Source of the DNA: Cladosporium halotolerans
Taxonomy: Eukaryota
Direction: 5' to 3'
Length of the DNA stretch: 64,000 nt
Assembly (NCBI RefSeq): GCF_011745625.1
Contig: NW_027191456.1
Span: 1,054,001 to 1,118,000, forward strand
Positions 55,656-64,000 of this stretch are shown here, in pieces. The notes beneath the pieces are model-generated. The model had not been told where the DNA came from. It worked only from the letters and a program-made list of their open reading frames with translations, and did not search any database. A program made the position numbers and the translations under genes. Position 1 is the first letter of the stretch. Each line of letters begins with the position of its first letter.

Positions 55656-58389
55656 ATGGCCACAACTCACGCGGGCGTAAAACGCTCGTTTCAACAGATG
55701 CACAACATCGAAGGCTCGCCTGGCCGCGTCGTCTCGGCATCAAATTCGCGCGAGACTTCACCGCGCTCACGGACTCCTGTGGGCAGTCGCCAACCCGAAG
55801 GTATAGAGAGCCTTGGCAACTTCACCCAGACAACGCCGACTGTGTTGCCGCGCCAGTCTTCTTTCGAACCGGATGCGTCGGTTGTGCTTGTGGGTGTGAA
55901 AGGCGTGGGCAAGAGCTCCCTCGGCGTCCTCGCCGCCAGCGCATATCGCCGACGCCTCATAGAATCAGAAAGGGTCTTCTTCGACGTTACTGGTCACACA
56001 GCGGCGGCATATCGCAAACTCAAAGGTTCCGCGGAATACCACAGACGACATCATGAGGTCCTCGCCCAGCTCCTGGAACAGCACACGAAAAACGCCATCA
56101 TCATCCTCAACTTTGCCGATCTGGAAAACAGCGGCGCAGATATCCTGCGATCATTCGCGCAAAAGCACCCCGTCATCCATGTGATTCGAGACGCGAAAAG
56201 CGTCAGCGCATATCTCAATCTCTGGGCCGAAGACCGGGTAAAGCAGCTTCTTCGTCTTAGTGGACCCTTGCTACGATCTTGCGCCAACTTCGACTTCTTC
56301 AATCTTTCTGCGGACGAAGACAGTGAAGAAGGAGCTCAGCTGAGGAGGTCCGACGAACAGGCCTGGTCCGAAGCGCGGACTGCTAACGGGCCTTTCCTAA
56401 CTTTGAAGCGAGCGGAGCGCGACTTCCTCAAGCTACTTCGAAACATCATCGGAGACCATGACCGAGGGCCCTCGCACCAGTCGGCTTATCCCTTGTCACA
56501 AATACCGGTGGAGCGGCGAACGTACACCTATGGCGTCGTCATCGATATGAACCGAGTTCTTCGCGGTGAGGTTGAGCTCGAAGACGCGCAGATCGGAGCC
56601 GACGCCATCGAAGTAATTGTTCCAGTGACAGGTATCGAGGGGGCTTCATCTCCGTCCGAGCCTGTGGGGGATCCCAATTTGATCGCTAAAGCTTTTTCGA
56701 TGGTTCGACGAGCAAGTATCCTACCCATCATCCTTACCGTCGCCAGAGCAGAAAATGAAAGCGAAGCCGACCGTGCACGAAGACTCGAGCTCGGACAGAT
56801 TTTCCTACGACTTGGGCCTGAGTACTGCACCGTTGATATGCACCTAGGAGATGCTACCATCGAGAAGATCGCATCTGGCAAAGGACGTACCAAGGTCATT
56901 GGATACAAACATTTTCCGGAAAGGCTCCTCAACGGATGGAATGACTCCGAATTGGTTTTCACCTATCACAACATGCATCGCCTCGGTTGCAACATCGTCA
57001 AGATCTCAATGGTCACCAACCGAGAAATGGACAACTTCGAGGTCAAGCAATTCAAGCGCCGCATTCGTGAGAACAGCACAATGCCCAGGCTCATTTGCTA
57101 CAACACCGGCTTGATCGGACGGACCTCACTGTGCTTCAATTATGTGCTGTCGCCGGTACGGGCTCGCAAAGACGAAGTCTCATGTCCACGTACAGGCGGA
57201 GCCACACCGTTAGTAACGGCGAAAGAGCTCACACACGCCTTGTTCGCCATATTCAAGCACGAGCCTATGAATTATCACATTTATGGGCGTGATGTGAGCT
57301 GGTCATTATCACCAGCGATGCACAATGCCGCTTACGCCGCTTGCGGCATGTCACATCAGTTTACTACCTTCTCTGCGCCCTCGCTGGACGAGCTGCAAGG
57401 GCTAATCCATGAGCACAACTTTGGCGGATCGGCGGTCGTGCAGCCCTACAAGACAAGCGTAGTACCTTTGATGACGGTCCTCAGTGCGCACGCGAAGGCC
57501 ATTGGCGCCGTTAATTCTATCATTCCTATCAGAGAGCTTCTAGACGACGGCACTGTTCCTGATGAGCTGAGAATCATGTCGTCGAGGAATAGAAGCGGGC
57601 CCGTGAAGGCGCTCTGGGGTGACAACACTGGTGAGTCAACTGTTAATACCTTTCAGACGAGTACATTAACACAGCTGACACCCACAGATTGGATCGGTCT
57701 CCGCGCATGCGTGCGACGCGGTCTTTCTCCAGCGAATACAATCCGGCCCAACAGCACAGGCATCGTCTGCGGTGCAGGTGGTCAAGCTCGTTCCGCCGTC
57801 TACGCTATGCTCTCGATGGGCGTGCGCAACATTTTCGTGTGCAACCGCACGGTGGCAACGGCGCACGCCCTCGCAGACCACTACAACCGCCTCATCGACG
57901 ACGACGTGATCAAAGACGCGAAAGAAAGCGACGGCACGCCCGCGCGTGTGCGCGTGATCGAGAGCTTCACCGATCCCTGGCCGCAAGACTTCAGCTACCC
58001 GACCATGGTCGTCTGCACCATCCCCGCCCAGATCAAAGATGGCTCGGCGCCCACGAGCTTCACCGTGCCCGACAGCTGGCTCCGGAGCCCGACGGGCGGT
58101 GTCGCGGTTGAGGTAAGATTGACCATAACATGCTTGTCCAAACGTTCAATTACTAACCGGAGCGTAGCTCTCGTACAACCCCATGGTCACTTCTTTCGTG
58201 CTGCAGATGAGACCACAGGCCAAGCGCGGCTGGATCCTGATGGACGGCTTCGACCATCTGCCGGAGCAGGCTTTTGCGCAGTTCGAGCTTTTCACAGGTC
58301 GCAGGGCGCCGAGGAAGCTGATGAGGGATGTTGTGTTGCATCATTACCGAGATCAGCAGAATAAGATTGCATCTGCTGGGAAGGCGTAA
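55656..58389 (+). CDS. qutR: Quinate-pathway repressor QutR/Qa-1S (shikimate-kinase-like, type I DHQase-like and shikimate-DH-like domains)
   Basis: SVVLVGVKGVGKSSLG, GADAIE, SLSPAMHNAAY, IGAVNSI, DNT|DWIG, GAGGQAR, LPEQAFAQFELFTGRRAP; introns 57631-57687 and 58113-58167. Confidence 0.92.
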
Positions 58390-59071
58390 TTGCTGGAGGG
58401 TCAAGATGGAGTTTCCGTATGAAAGGTTGCGGCACTGCTACTAGCTGTGGCATGGTTGTGTTCATCTAGGATCTCAAGCGGTTCTGATTGGTGAAAGGGA
58501 TCTTTTAGGAATCACGGCGTTCATGTGTGGCACATTATTAAGACCTGCGATGTTTCAGGTGGTTTCGGTGTTGACAATGGGAAAAAGGGCCAGCGTGTGT
58601 ATTTTAGCGAATGTGTTGCTTTCCACTGCTAGATTTCGCCATACTTCGTCAAACACGATGCAACCGAATAGATTTATCTAATGCAACCTTTATGCAAGAT
58701 CTACGATAGGTAGAAGACCCGGGAGACAAGCTTCTTCACAGCACGTGCAGCAACGTCATTCCACACGGCTGGACCGGAGAGTCGCATGACCGAGGCGCGG
58801 AGCGCGTCTCAGGGCCAGAATCCTGGGCCCGGATCGTCTTCACATCCACCACCGAGATTCTCCCTTGAGCACCCGTCATGCCTAGCGCAACACCCACCCA
58901 GAGCTGACAAAGGCCGCTTTTGCCTCTCCCATGCTCCTCACGCCTCACTCCTACTCCCTATCGCAAATCCCCGACTCCAACGAACAAACCCCTGGGACCA
59001 GGGAGTTCCCGTTCTTCCAGCAAACCCGGCGGTTCGATGCCGAGCGCGCTTCCGCACGCCAGGCGCGCAGC

Positions 59072-62000
59072 ATGTTGCTCGTTCACCAGGCCGGCACCGT
59101 CAAGATCGGCGAGGTCGTCCGCTACACCCTGACTTACACGCCCAGCCACGACCGCATCCTCCCCACGCCTTCCCACTTGCACCTCAAGGTCAAGAACACC
59201 TCGGCCATTCCCCTGCGCGCCGCCTGGATCCACGGCCCGTACGCCCTGCATGTCTCGCAGTACCCGGCGTCTTTCAACCCCCACTGCAAGGTCGAGGAGC
59301 CCAAGCGCTATGGCGTGCCGGAGTACGAGCCCATGTTGAAGGCTGCGGGGAGCTGGCAGTCGAAACTTACGGTCCCTGAGGATATTCGCGAGACTGGTGC
59401 GGATCTGGGAAAGAGAAGGCAGAGTGTCAATTCGCAGGGAGAGAGACATGATGGAGACAACCAGCCCGGCTCGGTGACTTGGATTATTGAGATTGCTTCG
59501 CAGATTCTGTTCTCGAGTTCGGCTGGTGTTGATTTCGAGATTCTGGTTGGTCGCGACGAACGTAGTCTGGACCTTGGAATCACGTCTACTTCGGTTGCTG
59601 GGCAAGGACATGGTGGGCCTGGACAGATCAAGGATGTCGAGAAACATCGACAGAGGAATCGCGGCGACCACTCGCAGCATCATCATCACCAGACGGCTGG
59701 TGTATATTCTAGAGCCGTTAGACTGATCGTTGAGGATACCGAGGCTCTGTGGAATAAACCTGGCATGCCGACATGGGACGACAAGCATAACGATAAGAGT
59801 ACAAGCAAGCATTCGACTACTGCTTCTGACCCCAAGGATCAAGACGATCAAGGGAAGAAGCGCCAGAAACGAAAGAAGCTGCATCTGGTGATCGTCACGC
59901 ATGGCTTGCATAGTAACGTGGGAGCGGACATGCTTTTCATGAAAGAAAGCATCGATGCTACGGTCAAACAAGCACGCCTTGACGCAAGGGAGAGAAAACG
60001 GAAATACCGCGCTCAAGAAAAAGAAAAGGCACGCGAGGATGAATCAGGCTCGCCTTCTAAGGCAGAAGGTGAAGGAGGAAACGCTCAAGACGATGTCGCC
60101 GCCACCGCGCCTCTATCTGGAGGCCAGGAAGAAATCCACGGTGAAGACGACGACGATGATGAAGAGGAGACCATTGTGCGAGGGTTCAGTGGGAACGCTG
60201 CACGTACTGAAAACGGTATTCAGTATTTGGGCAAGCGCTTGGCGAAGTACATTCTGAAGCTCACCTACCCGGACCAACCTTTCCTACCGGTCAAGAAGCC
60301 CTTGTCGCGAACGTTCACCGACAGCTTCAAGAGTCAAGCCACCAAGGCACAAAGAGACGGCGCACCGGCTCATCAAGGCAGCAGTGTGCACCACTCAAAA
60401 GAACAGAAACAACAGGCCGAACAATTGCCGTACACATTCTCGAGCATCAGCTTCATCGGCCACAGTCTGGGCGGCCTCATTCAGACCTACGCTGTCGCCT
60501 ACATCCAGAAGCATTCCCCGACATTCTTTGAAAATATTGAACCGGTGAACTTCATTTGTATGGCGTCTCCCATGCTTGGTTTGAGCAATGAGAATCCACT
60601 CTATGTCAAGTTTGCTCTGGACTTCGGCCTCGTCGGACGAACGGGACAGGATCTCGGTCTTACTTGGAAGCCTCCAGGCCTTGCCACTGCGAAAGGAGGA
60701 TGGAATGCTATGCTCGGTGGTCTGGGCGGATCGACGCAGAAGGACGACCATCAAGCAGATCCAGGCTCGAAGCCCTTGCTAAGAATCCTGCCGACAGGAC
60801 CGGCACACCAGGTTTTGCGCAAGTTCCGCAATAGAACCCTCTACTCGAACGTCGTCAATGACGGTATTGTGCCTTTACGAACCAGCTGTCTGCTGTTCCT
60901 CGATTGGCGTGGACTGGGTAAGGTGGACAAGGCGAGAAGAGAAAACGGCCTTGTCGGTACAGCGGCCGGGTGGGCCTGGGCAGAACTGACTGGTGCAAAT
61001 TCGTCAAGCGTACCGCCCAACGTGCTTGCCGAACAGAATCCGGAGAGCGACAGCGACACGGATCTGGCGCGGCGCGCGGGAGGAGATACTGTGCCTCAAC
61101 CGGCTGAGGACGAGACAGCAGAGGACAGCCGCAAAGTCACGGGTCGTATGAGCATCGACAGTGACAGCACAGCCCAGAGCAAACCACAGTCAGGGAAGGA
61201 GCCTCAGCAGCAGAAGGGTGTGCTGGACAGCTTCTTTGACTTCTTCCGTCCAGCGCAAAGTCCAACTCCTCCGCGAGGCAAATCACCGCAACCACCGACC
61301 TCTCAGCCGCAGCTGTCGAAGAAAACGTCAAAGACTTTGAGTCGAGCTCAGACGGTCCGCGCTGGCCATGATCAACTCCCGGACGACGTCGCAAAGGGAA
61401 TGGAAGGCACGACGGCAAACCCAACCATGCGACCTCAGGCGAACGATAAGTCTGCCAAGCGGCCAGTCGCAACCAAAGGTGACAGCTTCCTCAACAGCGA
61501 GACTGGTGAACTGCAAGCCCCTCCGAAAACTTCCATCTTCGAGTCTGCAGGTGACATCCTCCATCCACCTTTGCCCAGCAAGCAATGGATCACAGACCCC
61601 AGCAGCCGCGCTCGCACAATCTTCCATGATCGCGTGTACCACCCGGAGGATATCCCTCCTCCGCCTCTCAAGCGGCCTGGGAGCAGGCTTGGGCGCACGT
61701 TCAGCAGTGATAATATGAGCAAGTCTGGCGCGAGCGACCGGAATAGCATGCACAGTGTGGAAAGCGTCGCTAGCATCGACAGCAGCAACATGAAAGTCGA
61801 AGAGAAGATCGCACGCGCTTACCACAAAGACTTGAGCTGGCGCAAGGTGCTCGTGCGCCTCGAACCGGATGCTCACAATAACATGATTGTGCGGAGGCAG
61901 TTCGCAAACGCTTACGGCTGGCCTGTCATTAAGCACCTGTGCGACACCCACTTCGCGGACACCTACAGTGCCCGCACTCGCGATGAGGCGGAACCTGCGA

Positions 62001-62686
62001 AGGAGAGAGCTCCTCCACGGAAAGAGCCGATCGATTCTCAGCGCGGCGAAGAGGTCTACGACCAGTCGAGACAGGCACCTCCTCCTCGGACCAACAGCGA
62101 GACGCGAGAGGCCCAGGACGAGCTGACCGCGCTGAGCGCTTCTCATCAGAGCAGCACAAGCGTGAAACGACTCAGCAATACTGGCAGCGGAGTCTGGGAT
62201 GATGCTGTTTTCGAAGGACCGGACGACGACGACAGTGAGATCGATGAGCGAGGGCTAATCCAAAGGCTCGTCAGCCCAGGTGCGCTCAAGAAGCCCGAGC
62301 AAAGCTATCAGCCGTCTTCGCGAAGCAATGGCGCGCCCCGCTCGCCGTCTATACAATATGTTGACGGCCACCGTGGCCTTGCCCCTGTCTCGCCGACATC
62401 ATCTAAGCCGAAAGCGACTCAGGGTGCGGAAAGTGGCTCCCTTAGAAGCAGAGCCAGCCTGAAGACTAACGTTGAGCCCGAGGATCTCGAGCCGCCCGTT
62501 GTATCGGGCAGCTTGGTCGAGGAGCCTGAGCAGATGGAGCAATCTACGACTGATGTTGGCCTGGGCAAGACCGTTCACGAACAGGTGGGCAGCAGCCCTA
62601 AAAAGGCAAAAACCAAGGAAAGCGCAAGGAAAGTTAGCGTTGCTGAAGATGTGGCGAGAGCGAGCAGCAATGCGCCGCAGGAGTGA
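59072..62686 (+). CDS. ROG1-like putative lipase/serine esterase (DUF676)
   Basis: MLLVHQAGTVKIGEVVRYTLTY, KNTSAIPLRAAWIHGPY, HLVIVTHGLHSN, SFIGHSLGG nucleophile elbow, LYSNVVNDGIVPLRTS, PDAHNNMIVRR. The frame is open to an upstream ATG at 58931. Confidence 0.88.
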   Translation: MLLVHQAGTVKIGEVVRYTLTYTPSHDRILPTPSHLHLKVKNTSAIPLRAAWIHGPYALHVSQYPASFNPHCKVEEPKRYGVPEYEPMLKAAGSWQSKLTVPEDIRETGADLGKRRQSVNSQGERHDGDNQPGSVTWIIEIASQILFSSSAGVDFEILVGRDERSLDLGITSTSVAGQGHGGPGQIKDVEKHRQRNRGDHSQHHHHQTAGVYSRAVRLIVEDTEALWNKPGMPTWDDKHNDKSTSKHSTTASDPKDQDDQGKKRQKRKKLHLVIVTHGLHSNVGADMLFMKESIDATVKQARLDARERKRKYRAQEKEKAREDESGSPSKAEGEGGNAQDDVAATAPLSGGQEEIHGEDDDDDEEETIVRGFSGNAARTENGIQYLGKRLAKYILKLTYPDQPFLPVKKPLSRTFTDSFKSQATKAQRDGAPAHQGSSVHHSKEQKQQAEQLPYTFSSISFIGHSLGGLIQTYAVAYIQKHSPTFFENIEPVNFICMASPMLGLSNENPLYVKFALDFGLVGRTGQDLGLTWKPPGLATAKGGWNAMLGGLGGSTQKDDHQADPGSKPLLRILPTGPAHQVLRKFRNRTLYSNVVNDGIVPLRTSCLLFLDWRGLGKVDKARRENGLVGTAAGWAWAELTGANSSSVPPNVLAEQNPESDSDTDLARRAGGDTVPQPAEDETAEDSRKVTGRMSIDSDSTAQSKPQSGKEPQQQKGVLDSFFDFFRPAQSPTPPRGKSPQPPTSQPQLSKKTSKTLSRAQTVRAGHDQLPDDVAKGMEGTTANPTMRPQANDKSAKRPVATKGDSFLNSETGELQAPPKTSIFESAGDILHPPLPSKQWITDPSSRARTIFHDRVYHPEDIPPPPLKRPGSRLGRTFSSDNMSKSGASDRNSMHSVESVASIDSSNMKVEEKIARAYHKDLSWRKVLVRLEPDAHNNMIVRRQFANAYGWPVIKHLCDTHFADTYSARTRDEAEPAKERAPPRKEPIDSQRGEEVYDQSRQAPPPRTNSETREAQDELTALSASHQSSTSVKRLSNTGSGVWDDAVFEGPDDDDSEIDERGLIQRLVSPGALKKPEQSYQPSSRSNGAPRSPSIQYVDGHRGLAPVSPTSSKPKATQGAESGSLRSRASLKTNVEPEDLEPPVVSGSLVEEPEQMEQSTTDVGLGKTVHEQVGSSPKKAKTKESARKVSVAEDVARASSNAPQE

Positions 62687-62884
62687 AAGACCAGATGCGA
62701 TTCCCCCGAACCGATTGAATAAACAAATACACGTATACCACCTTATAATTGTTTCAGACTTCGACACTTTATCGCCAGCCGACCTAGAAAACCCGCCACG
62801 CATTACGAGATCCGTCATTATACAAAAATCTATTCAACACCACTATCAGCTTTCTCTTTAAGTACATTACGTCAAGACATAATC

Positions 62885-63529
62885 ATGTCCGCGCCTCCTC
62901 GCAGCTCAAAACAGCGCAGATGGAGCTTCGCGAAGTTCCAGTTTCCCAGCAGCAAATACGCGAACACCAAGCAAGGCGACTCCGACCTGCCGCCCGGCTT
63001 GCACAAGAACAAGACCATGCATGAGCAGCAGGCCTCATCCAAGCTAGAATCACCCTCCGAGCCCGGGCCCTCGACAACCACGCGCCTTTCGACTACGTCC
63101 CTCGATCCTATGGACCGCTCTGCAACTGACGACGCTCCTCCGTCCACAGACACCACCAGCAATACCCTCCCAGCCGCTTATGAGCACCTCCAGTACCTCC
63201 CCAACGCGCAACCTGAATCTGACACCCTCCCTTCCCTCCCACTCGACCGCAAACTCACCCGCTCTGAAACGAAAGCCGCCCGCCGCGAGAGCAGACTAGC
63301 TTCTCAGGCCGCACGTCGCGCTTCCAAAGCGCAGGAGAAGCAGGCTCGCAGGGCATCAGAGCTCGCGGAACACGAGGCGGATCGTGCGAGGGGCGACGTC
63401 TTGGATTGGGAATGGCACAATCGCAAGTGTGGGTGTGAGAAGTTTGAGCCGAGGACTGGAGGGAGTTGTGCGTATGCGAGGGGGAAGTTGGATAGGCATC
63501 AGAGTGCGGTTGCTCCTTTGATTTTGTGA
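62885..63529 (+). CDS. Hypothetical 214-aa protein (S/T/P-rich middle, charged helix, Cys-containing C-terminus)
   Basis: ATG ORF with ATCATG context after an AT-rich spacer; shows the C-rich 5' / G-rich 3' pattern of neighbouring genes; no recognised domain. Confidence 0.55.
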   Translation: MSAPPRSSKQRRWSFAKFQFPSSKYANTKQGDSDLPPGLHKNKTMHEQQASSKLESPSEPGPSTTTRLSTTSLDPMDRSATDDAPPSTDTTSNTLPAAYEHLQYLPNAQPESDTLPSLPLDRKLTRSETKAARRESRLASQAARRASKAQEKQARRASELAEHEADRARGDVLDWEWHNRKCGCEKFEPRTGGSCAYARGKLDRHQSAVAPLIL

Positions 63530-63901
63530 CGGGAACGAGCGGGTGCGTTGTGAGTTGTGAGGTTTGGTTGAATTGACTGGATTGGAGTGAAATGTGCTAG
63601 ACCTACGTCACTGAGTATAAATGAGCTTCAAGATTTCACGCGAAAGAGGGTCGCCTGACTCTTGTTCGTCGTGAGAAACAGATTTATCGGCTCTTTTCAG
63701 CTGGAAAATCATCGCTGTCGGAGAATGGCCTTGTACGTGTAGTGGCCTCGCACGCCTCATCAGATGTGCCAGCAACAGCCCAAGCGGAGTCGGCGATCGA
63801 CTTGGGGCTTTGCCCCTCCAAACAGCCGTCCACCTACATTACTTTCCATCCTCCACCACACCTACTCATGATGTTATGATACCACGACCAAAGTATCCAC
63901 A

Positions 63902-63970
63902 ATGATCAACGCAGTTCTTGTCTTCAACAACAATGGCCAGCCGCGCCTGACCAAATTCTACACGCAACTG
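63902..63970 (+). CDS. APS3: First exon of AP-3 adaptor complex sigma subunit (continues beyond the window)
   Basis: MINAVLVFNNNGQPRLTKFYTQL followed by a GTGCGC donor at 63971; typical N-terminus of fungal AP-3 sigma. Confidence 0.85.
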
Positions 63971-64000
63971 GTGCGCGGCGCCCCAAACACGCACATGCCC

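Larger units (their letters stand above)
40890..58389. other. Quinate utilisation (qut/qa) metabolic gene cluster, 9 genes
   Basis: Contiguous qutE>, dioxygenase>, qutG>, <qutD, qutB>, <qutH, qutC>, <qutA, qutR>, flanked by the unrelated genes HOM6 and a ROG1-like lipase. Confidence 0.95.

Noticed and set aside
57631..57687. Stop-free 3n introns read through by the ORF track (qutR 57631-57687, qutD 45111-45167, nitrilase 33428-33490)
   Set aside because: Each has normal splice signals and interrupts a conserved motif; short stop-free 3n introns are expected by chance.
1..64000. Transposons, RIP-degraded repeats, CRISPR arrays, rRNA
   Set aside because: No transposase or reverse transcriptase motifs, LTRs, TIRs, AT-rich RIP blocks, repeat-spacer arrays or rRNA signatures were seen.

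Overview
Gene-dense nuclear DNA of a filamentous ascomycete: about 55% GC by eye, short GT-AG introns with CTRAY branch sites, and orthologues that look Dothideomycete-like (taxon is inference). Left to right: the end of a SulP/STAS transporter, a DUF1275 membrane protein, a small 3-exon protein, a CDK11-type kinase, NDUFAF7/MidA, BCS1, PFK-2/FBPase-2, two orphan basic proteins, an apparently intronless 11.7 kb TOM1/HUWE1 HECT ligase, a secreted PYP-repeat glycoprotein, a tRNA gene, cyclin L, a nitrilase-family hydrolase, a CSC1/OSCA channel and HOM6. These are followed by a nine-gene quinate-utilisation cluster (qutE, intradiol dioxygenase, qutG, qutD, qutB, qutH, qutC, qutA, qutR; 40890-58389), a ROG1/DUF676 lipase, an orphan, and the first exon of AP-3 sigma. 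The most striking observation is an otherwise intact initiator tRNA-Met(CAT) gene (30853-30980, minus strand). It is interrupted in its D-stem by a 56-nt intron with spliceosomal signals (GTAAGT...CTAAC...TAG) rather than a canonical position 37/38 tRNA intron. Also notable: the qut cluster contains a ring-cleavage dioxygenase, and three cluster enzymes end in PTS1-type tripeptides. No transposons or CRISPR arrays were seen. All calls rest on motif recognition; no database searches were run.
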